Origin: Eledone cirrhosa
Taxonomy: Eukaryota
DNA: 64,000 bases
Reading direction: 5' to 3'
Assembly (NCBI GenBank): GCA_964016885.1
Contig: OZ024741.1
Location: 302,994,001-303,058,000 of the forward strand
Translations under genes and position numbers: made by a program
Notes under the pieces: generated by a model
The model's input: only the letters and a program-made list of their open reading frames with translations
Told to the model about the DNA's origin: nothing
Database searches by the model: none
Part shown: positions 14,480 through 26,475 of the stretch, piece after piece
Numbering within the stretch: the stretch's first letter is position 1
Layout of the letters: each line of letters opens with the position of its first letter

Positions 14480-16055
14480 ATTTCTTTTATTTGCCACTAG
14501 GGCATCAAAGGTGGGACAAGTACAAAGGGGGGAGTTTACACAAAAAGGCGTCCTCAATAGGGAGGAGGCAATAACAAAATATAAAAATAAAATAAGATAT
14601 AACAAAAAATAAAATTTTTAACAAAATCCTCAATAGAGAGGAGGCGCCTTGGGGGGTCGCACACACCCCCGAAAAAAGTGTGCAACCCTTGTCCTCAGGA
14701 GCACAGAGAGGGGGTGCTCCCTCGTTCCTTCCTCTCCTCCACCTACAGGCTTATGTAAAGAGAAGGCCCATTCACACGGGCCATTCTCGCCACTTTCACC
14801 CACCTTTCATAAAAACGACTGGGGTGCAGCACCTCTCTCTCCATCCTGTTCCTTCTTCCGAAATGATATCGGAAGAAACGGACCAGTTGTTGGCCAGAGA
14901 GAAAGGTGCCTGACCTCAGTCCTTTCAGACGCGTCCACCATACAACCTCTTTCGCCATGGCTATTACGCACAGAAACACCGCCTCTGCTTCATCTTTGAA
15001 GGGGGGAGGCGGCTTGATCATTACAACCGGATCGGTCCCACCCTTGACAGCAGTTGTTCGACATAGCCCCACAGATCGGCTACGCCCGAGCAGTGTACCA
15101 ATGCGTGTGCAACGGTTTCCTCGTCGCACACGCATCTGGGACAGATCTTTTTGGCGGGGTCCCTACCCGGGCGCCCGTGTCTGTAGAGCCTTTCTCGAAC
15201 GGGTAAAGCCCCTCGGTAGCACTGCCAGGCCAGGGACTTCTGGAAGTTGTCCATAGGTCCCGGGCTGAATGTCCTACCGAACAGGCTGGCCAGTTCGTCC
15301 TCCTCCATGTCTAGGGCTTCTCCGAGGGCGTCGTCGCACCTGCTGCGTACCAGCCCTCTATAGAATGTTGCGGTGGAGTCTCCACTGACAACCGGATCCG
15401 CCTGCCAGAGGGCGGTGAGCGCCTGGGCACACTCAGTGTGCCAGGCGCCCAGTTTTCTCGGTCTTTGCTTGACCCAGGATTGCAGCTCGGTGAGTGAGAC
15501 GAGTCTGGGAAAGGTTCGTCTCACAAACGAGGCCCACACCGGTTGTCCGGTGAGGAATACGTAGAGGTGCCGTAGCCTTAATGCGTGTTTACGCATCATT
15601 AGCCACGGCATCCCCAGCCCTCCTTTCGAAGGGTGTTGACAGCAGATGGATCTCCTCACCATAGGAGCCCGCCTCTTCCAAAGGAATTGGAAGAGCGCGC
15701 GCTCCATCTTGGTGAGGGTTTCCCTTGGGCAGGGCACTACGGTCAGGCGGTAGTAGATGACGGACGCTATATAAGTGTTCGCCACCTCCGCCCGACCTTT
15801 CAGGGATAGTTTGCAACTGGCCCACTTCTGGGTCAGTGCAAACACCCTGTTCGTAACCTCCGCCCAGTTTTTCTCCACCTGGAGGTCCGGTCCGAACCAG
15901 ACCCCGAGCAACTTCACCGGGCCCTCCGTCCAGCGTCCGACGACGCCATCAGAGGGCATCGGTCTGCCCCTCCACGTGCCGAGTTGCAAACCGATCGACT
16001 TGTCCCGGTTCAGCTTAGCCCCTGTGAACTTTTCGTACTCCTCCAGTAAGGTGCC
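14480..16055 (-). mobile_element. Tx1/L1-like LINE, 5'-truncated (copy 1)
   Basis: ORF 15021-15989 is the RT C-terminus plus zf-RVT (CPRC..ETVAHALVHC), homologous to copies 2 and 3; TSD tttcagatag at 14470-14479 and 16056-16065. Confidence 0.93.
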
Positions 16056-16176
16056 TTTCAGATAGTTGGTCTTCTAGAGGAACACATTTAAAACATCCAG
16101 CGAGCCATATCTGTGAGATTCCTAGTTCGAAACGTTTCAGGGTGTTTTCGTTATTGTTTTCATACATACATCCATA

Positions 16177-16793
16177 CATGATGGCTGCTCCCTCGTTATC
16201 GAGTATGGCCATTGCATGATATACCATTATTAATAATTATTAATTAATTCTATCGTGCAATGCCTGTGCGTGAAGATATTTTTTAAAATGAGGAAAGACT
16301 GTGCACTGAGCCAATCCCACTCTCTGAGCGACAGTAGCTATAACCCGAAAAGAAGAAAAGATCAACATCATCGGTAACTACTGAGCCGCAGGTTTTATAT
16401 CAGAGTTATCCCAGTTTCCTGAGTTGTCTTCTCCTAGAAGAATGCCCTGACAAAGACTAGGGGTCTTTCACTCCCAGTGGTTTTACCGCGCGATCGGGTG
16501 TCCAGCCCAACTATTTCTATGTCCCCGCGCACATACATACACATACACCCATGTATATACACATATACATACATATGTACATGTATATATACACATTTAC
16601 ACACTTTCCGATGGCCATTGACTCATGAGTTCTTCCGCCCTTTGTCAGATTTTGTTATTTGTCCTGCAGGGTGTCCAAAATCACCCTCCTCACCAAGTAA
16701 ACTTGGTGGGGTTGCCGGTTTAGTCGCCGCCGACCCGACCATGCGACAGGTTGTACTGGGTTACATGTTACCAGTAGCACTCAAGAGTGACCC

Positions 16794-16795
<2 letters not shown>
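16177..16795 (-). mobile_element. Internally deleted RTE-like element (copy 1)
   Basis: Shares 5' and 3' ends with 59161-59770; ends in a (TATG)-like tail; ctaggagaag..aactc motif resembles RTE 5' UTRs. Confidence 0.6.
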
Positions 16796-16841
<46 letters not shown>

Positions 16842-16895
16842 GTTAAAGAAAGAAGAGTAACATGGTTGGCTGTACAATAAGGGCTTTATTCAAAG

Positions 16896-17004
16896 TGCTG
16901 ACAATTGTTTCGTTGATCTGGTGCGTCTAGAGTTCGCTAATCGCTTGACGCTGCGTCAATCGATCTCCAATACGTTGTTTACAACCAGTCAATACATCAG
17001 AGCA
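16896..17004 (-). ncRNA. Hammerhead-like motif with ~80 nt extended stem II in the PLE 3' end
   Basis: tgct-CUGAUGU-attgactggt...accagatcaac-GAAAC-aatt-GUC-agca; A9 position is atypical. Confidence 0.6.
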
Positions 17005-17246
17005 AGTGGATATGAGAATAATACGCAAGGCATGGCTTTTATAGAAGAGTGGTGTTAAACCAAAACAATATCATCAGTAACAAAATATCTAGATAGTGAA
17101 TAATTAAAACAATAACATCAATAATAAAACACGCATGGTAAATACACAGAGATGATACAGATGTATGAAGTGGCATGCAAAATTTAAGATAGGGTACATT
17201 AAAAGTAGTAGTAATATTAAGAGAATGAGGAAAAAAAAGGAATAAA

Positions 17247-17428
17247 ATAATTGTTTCTACTTTAGGCACAAGGCCAGCAATTACTCAGTGCATTACTGGT
17301 ACTTTATTTTATCGACTCCGTAAGGATGAAAGGCAAAGTCAACCTCGGCGGGATTTGAACTCAGATCGTAAAGGGACGTAACTATGCTGGAAAGCATGGC
17401 GTCCGACCCTCCACTGATACTGCCAATG
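17247..17428 (-). mobile_element. tRNA-derived SINE inserted in the PLE 3' region
   Basis: Reverse complement of the 44371-44561 SINE type. Confidence 0.85.
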
Positions 17429-18214
17429 TACTTAGAGTCAGATTTTAGGATCTCTACTGTAAGTGCAATTATGAGAGATTTAGATACACATGAGCTGTAG
17501 GGCTGAAAAATGAACAACAATAAAACGGAGATTAATTTATGGTTTAACAGATAAATGCTTGTAGTAGATATTTTCCTCTGTTGTATTATCCTAGTGAGAT
17601 TGATGGAAGGAGTGTATAGAGATTTATGGTTCTATGGTAGCTGGTATTAAGTGAAAATTGTGGATTCAGTATGTTAAGGTTTAGGTGGTTTAGTCCAAAT
17701 TTTGGGATTGCTGGTTCGAATCATGGAGGTTTAAGTTTCGTAACATAAATAACAAAATAGCGTATAATTAAAACAATAACATCAATAATAAAACATGCAT
17801 GGTAACTAGATAGAGAACATGGCGAATAAAATCAAGGATAGGGTACATTGAAATGATAATAATAATAAGAAGAAAAAAAGAGTTACAAAGGAGTATAAAA
17901 GTAATATGATAATGTACTTAGAATTAAGTTCATCTGTAAGTGTTCATGGGTGCTAATCTGAGGTATGTAGATACAATTGTGTGGTCCGAAAGAATGAACA
18001 ACAGTAAAGACGAGATTAATTAATGGACTGACAAGATAATTGATAAATGTTTGTAGTAGACATTGTGCCTGCTGTACTATTTGATGGTATTGATGGAGGG
18101 AGGCTGGAAGAGGTTTACAGAAATTTATGTTTCTGAAGTAGCTGTGTGAGAGTGCGGATTTCATACGTTAAAGTCTAAGTGGTTTTCTATTAATTTTGGG
18201 AATGCTGGTTCGAA

Positions 18215-18645
18215 TCACGGTGGTTTTAATTTCGTAAATCTAGTAGCAATCTTATGTCTGCAGAAAATGGATCTTTCTATTTTGCTGTTAAGCAGCATCC
18301 TATCGTACCTTAAGATATGTAGCAGTTCCAAGTTACAGAGCCCGCAGTGGGAAATACCGTTGCTATAGGCTTTTGCTGCCGCTAATTTCAACCAGCTAAT
18401 ATTGTATTCAAGGTTTTTGTCCTTAAGCTGCCAGATTTTATTGGCGAGCGTTGTAGAATTCTCCAGTGCACGGTTCCTCATGGAGTGTCTGTGGACGTAC
18501 CACCTTTTTTTAAATCACCCCGCTGTGGATCCTATGTAGTGCCAAGTGGAATTTCCTGAATTTACAGTACACAGGTACACCAAGCTAGAATCCAGGCATC
18601 TATTCCTTAGTGGGCACTTATCTGGTAGGTGGCAATTGCAGTTTG
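18215..18645 (-). pseudogene. PLE GIY-YIG endonuclease domain (one in-frame TGA)
   Basis: CNCHLPDKCPLRNRCLDSSLVYLCTVNSGNSTWHYIGSTAG*FKKRWYVHRHS joins ORF 18215-18481 in frame. Confidence 0.85.
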
Positions 18646-19173
18646 AGGTATTATTCTGTGCAGCTTCCTCATTGCGGTTTTGTAAGTAGTGTGTGGGTTA
18701 GGATTTAGGCCTATTGATGTTTTGCTGTGGTGTGTTCAGATGCGTTTGTGGTTGTGATGTTGTTATGTGTTTGTGTTTTGTATTTGGTGCTATGGTGCGC
18801 GTTGGTGGGGTAATTTCCTTAGAGATATTTTTGTGGTTGATCTTACGTACCGTATGTGCGATTCTATGTTGGCTGCAGTAGAGTATGAATGTTTTATAGT
18901 TTTTCTATTGAAGATTTTATGGTATCTATGTAGTGTAGGGAAGTGTTTATCTATTAGTTTAAAAAACGTAGAAGGTAGTTTAGTTCTTATAGATGAGTTG
19001 AAAATCGGATTGAACCATAGGTACTTTCTTTCTCTGGTTCTTCTATGGTTTTTGGGGTTTCTATTATATATATATCCGTATGTGGTTAACGGCTGAGAGA
19101 AAAGTGTACATAATATCGAAGTAAGACCAACTATTTAGCTTTAATAAAATGGATATATATATATATGTATATA

Positions 19174-19789
19174 TTTCTTCATTTAATTTGTTTATCACAT
19201 TTGCAACAACACAGCACGCCATTTTTCATTCCTATATGCTTTCCTCTTCGCTGTGACCTGTCTTTTTCTCTTCCCTTACTGCTACCCTCTTTCTCTCTCC
19301 TTCTCCCTCTTACTCTCATTCTCCCCCTCTGTTAGCCACTCTCTCTCGGCTAGCCTCTTCCTTACATTTTCACTCACTCAATCTCTGCTACTCACTCTCT
19401 CTCACTTGCTCCAACGTCCAGCACCGTACGGAATTCTTTTCTCGCTCACACTTCGCACGGTACGGATGGTCTTTCGTCTTCTCGTCACTGTTCGCAAGTT
19501 CTTATGTTCAAATGAATCACTGACTTGATTTTCTCATTTTCCTCTCTTTACGTTGCCTCACCATTCATATTTGTTCACCTGTCTCTCTTTCTCCACCCAA
19601 TTCTTTTTATCCCAATAACTTATTTTAATTATTGTTCGCGCTCGTCGGAGGTATCTGGTCTTTAATGCGAAGAAATACCTATGATGGCTAGTAGATCACT
19701 GATGACGGATAGTCCTGGCTTCTATATCTAATTCTTCATTTAATTTGTTTATCACATTTGCAACAACACAGCACGCCATTTTTCATTCC

Positions 19790-19792
<3 letters not shown>
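19174..19792 (+). mobile_element. TA-flanked element with 60 bp direct terminal repeats (PLE pseudo-LTR-like)
   Basis: ttcttcatttaatttg...tttcattcctat at 19174-19234 and 19733-19792; partial hammerhead box ctgatga at ~19699. Confidence 0.6.
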
Positions 19793-19846
<54 letters not shown>

Positions 19847-19847
<1 letters not shown>

Positions 19848-20044
19848 TTAGGGTAGTAGAGTGGGTAATAGGAACGAGTAGGACCCCGACGGCTGAACGG
19901 CTAATTCTGGACTGAATTAGCCGTCGAAACGGCTTGAGTTCAGCCGTCGGGGTCCTACTCATTCCTATTACCCACTCTACTACCCTAAGTATTGAGTACT
20001 TTGGTGCGTTATGGTCCACCTGGTTCCTTACCACATTTCTTCCG

Positions 20045-20046
<2 letters not shown>
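19847..20046 (-). mobile_element. Fold-back mini-element, family A (copy 2)
   Basis: (TA)n on both sides; arms ~19847-19908 / 19914-19990; tail is the reverse complement of the copy 1 tail. Confidence 0.85.
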
Positions 20047-20089
<43 letters not shown>

Positions 20090-20199
20090 ATTACCTGTAC
20101 AGGCAATATTTATTAGAATGTGTTGAAGTGTGTATACATTTTTGGGGGACGCCCTCATGTGTGTGTGTGTGTGCAATGTGTGTATAGTTAGTTTGTGTA

Positions 20200-20400
20200 T
20201 GTGTAAGTAAAAAGTAAACAGAAATAACAAAGCAAACGATACAGTACACTGAAGAAAAATTATTATTTTAACTCTTGGAATAATAGGAAAAGAGTTTTAA
20301 CGTTTCGGACACTAGTCTTTCATCTGAGGATAGAATGAGAAATAAAAGATGAAATAGAAACGATAAAAAGCGAGAAGAGGAAGGAATGGGAAAAACTTGA
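20200..20400 (-). mobile_element. PLE pseudo-LTR-like fragment with CAGAUGA...GAAACGUU motif
   Basis: Minus strand cagatgaaagactagtgtccgaaacgtt; downstream tgtactgt.tcgtttgct..gttatttctgt also occurs at ~32394-32421. Confidence 0.5.
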
Positions 20401-20401
20401 G

Positions 20402-20463
<62 letters not shown>

Positions 20464-20733
20464 CTGGTGGTGGTGGTGGGGGTGAAGGTTAGTGGTATTG
20501 CGATGATGCTGATATGGTGGTTAGTGGTAATAGTTACTATAGTGGTGGGGGTTGAATGGGATGATCGAGATAGTGGTGCTGGTAGCAACAAAATGACGAT
20601 GAGGTTTAACGTAAGCTACAGACAAAACAATATTTGGAGTAGGGTGTCAACAATTAAATCATTAGTGCATTTTTTAACGCTGGAAGGATAACAAAGTGAA
20701 CCTAGGCTGGATTGATCTCAGAATATGCGTGTA

Positions 20734-21109
20734 CGCTCGGGTCTCGAGTAATCGTCACGTCCACGCTTATTGATTTTAAAGATTTTTTCAACCCACTCCC
20801 CGCTCTTATCCAAACACCATCTCGCTTATTAAATTTTGCTAATCTATCTTAAAATTTTATTTTAAGTCGAACATTCCTGCGACAATTAATTTTATTTATA
20901 CATTTAAAACATTATACATACACAAAAAAGAACATTACTAAAAATCTTTTACGCTATAAAATAAATAGGATGGGTTGGGGTCTCAATATGTAAACTAAAC
21001 GACTAATTCTGTTTTTTTTTTTTAAATCAACGGAGACAACCTAGAAAAATCACCGATTTTCCAACCACCGTTTATTGCCCCCCCCCCCCCATTATTTGGG
21101 ACCCGAGAG
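20734..21109. mobile_element. TA-flanked MITE (Tc1/mariner/pogo-type)
   Basis: Imperfect TIR c(g/t)ctcgggtc(t/c)c(g/a)a(g/a)taat; TA on both sides; splits a decayed SINE. Confidence 0.65.
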
Positions 21110-21194
21110 TACGTAAATAAACCCCTCAAAACATTTTATTTAACGTTTCACCTACTCCTTTATTCGACATCAACGACGACGATGATGATAATAA

Positions 21195-21685
21195 TGGTTT
21201 CTGATTTAGGCACAAGGCCAGTAACTTTAGTGGGAGGGGGGATTATCGATTAAAACTACGCCAGTGTGTGACTGGTACTTTATTTTATCGACTCCGTAAG
21301 AATGAAAGGCAATGCTAACCTCAGCAGGATTTGAACTCAGAACACAAAGGGATGTAACTCACTGCCACAAAGAATATTGTCCGACGCTCTACCGATACAG
21401 CCAAAATAATGATTTTAACTATAGGCACAAGGCCAGCAATTTTTTGGGAAATACAGCCAAAATAATAATTGTGTCTTCTTTTGGCACAAGGCCAGCAATA
21501 ACCCAAGTGTATTACTGGTACTTTATTTTATCGACCCCGTAAGGATGAAAGGCAAAGTTAACCTCGGCGGTATTTGAACTCAGAACGTAAAGGACCATAA
21601 CTCTATGCTGCAAAGCATGGTGTCTGACGTTCTAAATAATTTTTGTTGTGGTGATGATGATGATGATGATGATGAAGATGATGAC

Positions 21686-21720
<35 letters not shown>

Positions 21721-22030
21721 CGATGATGATGATGATGATGATGATGATGACGATGACGATGATGATGATGAAGATGGCGTCATACCCTCTACCGATACTG
21801 CCAATCCACCGCCCATGATGAAGATGATGATGATGATGATGATGATGATAATAATTGTTTCTACTTTTGGCACAAGGCCAGCAATTACCCAGTACATTAC
21901 TGGTATATTATTTTATCGACCCCGTAAGGATGAAAGGCAAAGTTAACCTCGGCGGGATTTGAACTCAGAATGGCAAGGGCCATAACTCTATGCGTCAAAG
22001 CATGGCGTCCGACCCTCTACCGACACTGCA
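21195..22030 (-). mobile_element. Cluster of 3-4 co-oriented tRNA-derived SINEs
   Basis: Repeated ggcacaaggccagcaatt...actggtactttattttatcgacccc.taaggatgaaaggcaaagttaacctcggcggg; one copy is split by (GAT)n at 21648-21775. Confidence 0.85.
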
Positions 22031-22344
22031 ATAATGATGATAATAATAATGATAATAGCGACGACGGCAGTAAACAACGATGATGATAAAGATTTGCTTT
22101 ATTTTTTCTTTATTATTTTATGTTTTCTTTGCTACCTCCACCGCTAAACTGTTATGTTTTTTTTCGTTTTTGTTTTGTTAATACTTATGTACTTCTTCAT
22201 GTTGTTGTTTTTTTCTTGTTTTGCGGTTTATTTCTGGAAAGGCAATGACCGTGAAGCGAACCCCCATAGCAGACATCAGTAACAACAGTTTAAATCACTT
22301 CTGTCACCCTAGAGCTTAGTATACGTCAACAAAACAACTTACGT

Positions 22345-22763
22345 GTGTATGTATGTGTTTATTAATGTATGTATGTATGTATGTATGTATGTATGTATGT
22401 ATGTATGTATGTATGTATGTATGTATGTATGTATGTATGTATATACGTGTGTATATGTAGGTATGTACGTATGTATATATGTATGAGTGTGTGTCTGTGT
22501 GTGTATATATGTATGTGTGTGTGTGTGTATGTAAGTGTCTATGTGTGTATGTGTGTATGTATGTATGATTGTATATATGAATGTATATGTGTGTGTATGT
22601 ATGTGTGTGTATGTATGTGCGTGTATGTGTGTGTGTGTGTATGTATATATGTATTTGTGAATGTATAGATGTACGTACGTACGTATGTGTGTATGTATAT
22701 ATGTATGTATATATGTGTGTACGTATGTGCGTATGAATGCATGTATGTATGTATGTATGTATG
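22345..22763. repeat. (TATG)n/(TG)n microsatellite
   Basis: Directly visible; abuts the 3' end of the R4-like LINE. Confidence 0.93.
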
Positions 22764-25700
22764 TTCTTCTGGTTTTATAATTTCACAAAGTTTTACCAAT
22801 AAAGAGAGAGTCGGTTTCTAACATAGACACAAGACTCTCTCATTAGAATTTACACAACATCAACTAGGTAGATATGTATGTATGCATGCATGTGTAGATA
22901 TGGATGTTATTGTATGTGTGGATGTGGATGTTTGAGTTGTATGTGTGTATGTGTATATGCTTTGTATCTGTACATGTGTATATGCAGTTATTAGATGCAA
23001 CATTTTTGGAATGTTTTACATATTTTTACTGTTCCATTAATGGATTGTACTTGTAATTTCCTAACTAGTTGTATTCTTTCTGTTCCTGTGAAGCCTACCT
23101 TCTCAAGATTTGTATTGAGGCAGTTACTAACATACCCCAGTGCCCCAATAATCACAGGCATAAATCTGAAGGTGTAATCAGGGTGGAGTATCTGCAGATT
23201 TCTCATCAGTTCTGCATAAATATTCTCCTTTTCACTAATCTTTGATATTATATTGGCATCTGCTGGGCAGCTAATTTCCACTACTGTGCATGTTTTCTTC
23301 TCCCTGTCCCATATCATAATATCTGGTCTGTTATGCCTGCATTTTATTGGGGTTTTTACTGTAACATTCCACCAGTACTCTTTCATATTATGTACATGGA
23401 TGTCCTCCACATTGTTGTAGCTTTTAATGTGTTTATTATCGGGGCTATCTTTTTTACGAACTGCATTGTACAGTGTTTTATCCACTACATCATGCCTCAT
23501 AGGTAGATAGTACCGCGATGATATCTTTGGACAGCTGCTGATGACATGGGTGATATCCTCGATGTTAGTTCTGCAGAGTCTGCACTTGTTATCACATCTA
23601 GGTGTTTTGCCTGCATCCCTATCTCTTTTGTGAATCAGGTATTTCGTGCTAATCTCCTGTTCCTGGTTTGCAAAAGCGTATCCTTCAAAGTGGGAGCCAA
23701 TATAGCGGTTGTTGGTCCAAGATAGACTACTTTCCTTATCTATATTACACTGACTCTGGAGCTTCCTGGCAACATATCCATGCATGATTTTTTGTTGATC
23801 AGCATGCAGTTTTTCATCCATGGATTCACTGCGATACTGCTGAGCGATATCCCTGGGTGTGAGTTTTTGATTATCACACAGGGAATATCTCTCAAGGAGT
23901 TCCTTCCCAACTCTCATGATCTTATCTGTTTCATGCAGATAGACTTGCTCGAGAAACGGGCTCCTACGCTTCGAGGTTCGTAGATGTTGTCGGAGAGATA
24001 TGATGTGACATTCAAATGTTGTCTGGACTGATGTTAGGCCTCTGCCTCCCTGCTTACGTTTCAAGTAAAGGCGGTCTATGTCTCTGTTGATGTGGAAGTT
24101 TCCGGTGTTGTTCAGTATTTTTCGAGTTCCAACATCAATTGAGTATTCCAAACGTTGGTGTTAGGACAGGCACAGCAAACACATTGTGAGCCACTGTTTT
24201 GTTTTGCGCAGAGAGTTCCGATGACTAGATCTTTCTTAATCGGGTGTAGTATTCCCTGGTTACGCGTTCTTTATTACAGATACCATTATAGGATATGTTC
24301 TCATCTATCCCCAGGTATCTGTAGCAGTCCTCATCAGATATCGGTGAAACAGTTAGGCCATTGATGACAATGTTGCTAGATTGGGTTGTTGTTTTTCCCC
24401 GCTTTACAGTCATGTATGAGCATTTATCTTGGCCAAACTCCATTCCTATATCCTTTGAGAACGTTGTAACCAGGTCAAGATTTTTCTTCATGCCTCCATG
24501 TTTTTGGCATAGAGTTTCAGATCGTCCACAAAGAAATTATGGGTTAGGTTTGTATTTCTGTCCTCCTGTGAGCCAATAATGTATCCCTCACATTTCTTGA
24601 GCAGAAAGGACAAGGGGGTTTAATGACAAGATGAATAATATCACAGAGAGACTGTCCCCCTGAAATATACCCCTGCAATATTTTATTTTATCAGTGAAAA
24701 TAGAGTCCTCCCTCTCTGTCTTTAACCTTATGATAGTAGCCCAAGAAGAAGACAGCCTCTCTATGGCTCTGACAATAATGTCTGGGACTTTAGCAAGTTG
24801 GAGGGCCTCTATCATCCAAGAGTGGGGAACAGAATCGAAAGCTTTCCTGTAGTCCAGCCAGACTGTAGTCATATTCCTCCTAAGTTGTCGCACCTCCGAC
24901 ATCGCAGTTTTGTAGATTAGGAGTTGTTCAGTACATCCCCAAACCCTTTTCTTTCCAGCTGCGTGTTCATCTGTGATGATGTTATTATTTTCACAGTGAT
25001 CTTGGAGGAATAGGTTCAGGCAGGCTGTATACATCTTATACATCAGGTTCTGGCATGCAATGGGTCGGTAGTTTTTTGCCAAGTGGGTGTCTTTGTTCTT
25101 GGGGACCAGTAATGTTTGTGCTAATGTCAACCATTCTGGTATAAGTGTATCTCCCTTAAGAACTTGTTGGTAGAGGTCAGTAAGATACCTCCGATAGAAT
25201 ATCAGTTTTTTGTACCATTAGCCGACAATCATGTCTCTTCCTGGTGTTTTCTTATCTTGGAGTTTTCCTATCACAGTCTCAAGGGTACCCTCACTTGTTT
25301 CGTATGTTTTTGTTGTAGTGTAGGAGCAATAGTTCTTTCGGATTTCTCTTAGCCACACTGCATCTTGGTTGAAATTCTTCTTTTCACCCCATATTTTTCT
25401 CCAAAAGGAATCTATGTCTTTCTGGGATGGGGCCTCAGTGACACTTATTATTTTGCCCTTCATATCTCTATAGATTGATGTTTGGTTTCGTCTGAATCTT
25501 TTATTAAGTACTTTTCTCTCATCTGCCTTCTTCAGGTATCGGCGTTTTTCGCTAACAGCTCTCAATTCTTGTTTGAGGGTGATCAGCTTATATTGGAGAG
25601 TTCTGGTTCTACTGTCACCAAACATCGTCTCTATTTTATTTTTCACTCTTTGTTAGTGAGGAGTGAGGTTTTTGTGTGTTTGTTTGCATGTAAGGAGCAT

Positions 25701-26475
25701 TGTCACATATCCTATGTTTTTTCGTAGGTCAGCAATCTTTTTTTCTATTTTAGTTATATATGATGGTATTTTTGGAGGGTGTTTTGTTCTTGTTAATATC
25801 TCTGCTATCACCAAGATAATGCTTCACTGTCATTGCTAGGGCATATAAACAGGCGTTGATTTGCCAAAATGTTGGGGTTTTTATCCGTCGTAAATATTCA
25901 TCCCCTATTTCGTCAATAACACATAGTATTTCATTATTTGTTTTTTTTTTTATTCAACATTGTCGTTTTAACACGTTCAGCCAGAGAGATATTTATACAT
26001 GAGTTAATTTCTCTCTGGAAGATTTCGTTGAGGGAAATTTTCAATTGTTTATACTTTTGATTATCATTATCGATAGTATTTTCCATAACAGTCAAGGTAG
26101 ACTCGGATGGTACACGTGGTGTCACATTTATTCGATTATTATTATTATCGATAGTGTCTTCCCCAACATTCGAGGTAGACTTAGATGGTACAGGTGGTGT
26201 CAAGTTTCTTACAGGCATAGTTGTTTCAAGGCGTTGTTCGACCTGACTGCTAGGAAGTCTAGTAGCATGGCGACCTGTAGCACGTGTTGTTGATAACATG
26301 TTTGTTGTTGGGGACTTACAATTAATAATATTTATCTTATTTTTACGTTCAACAAACGTCGCTTGTTGGCGTAATTGTTTCGCTGTGAAATAATTTAGCT
26401 CTGGGTGCATTTCGTCCCAGTGTAGCTTCATTCTATTCATATAGCCAATGGCGGGATTGTTTTTTGCCATTTTAT
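22764..26475 (-). mobile_element. R4/Dong-like non-LTR retrotransposon (RT + CCHC + restriction-like endonuclease), frameshifted
   Basis: NYRPIAC, WLDYRKAFDSVPH, GIFQGDSLS, YRYLGI, RLYLKRKQGGRGL, CRLC..H..SSC, RHD and RPDI..VVEISCP motifs across ORFs 25934-26470 to 22991-24151. Confidence 0.92.

Larger units (their letters stand above)
16841..19070 (-). mobile_element. Penelope-like element, 5'-truncated (linker + GIY-YIG endonuclease + 3' pLTR)
   Basis: Manual translation gives WFNPIF...LIDKHFP...KIFNRKTIKHSYS and CNC..CPL..CL..LVY..YIGST..FKKRWYVH..KIWQLK..CGLC..CRH; hammerhead motif and AATAAA lie just before the (TA)n. Confidence 0.88.

Noticed and set aside
18515-18520. In-frame TGA in the PLE endonuclease as selenocysteine
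   Set aside because: It is not at a Cys-motif position, the copy is truncated and decayed, and I see no SECIS; Sec-encoding PLEs are described for N-terminal-EN Naiads.
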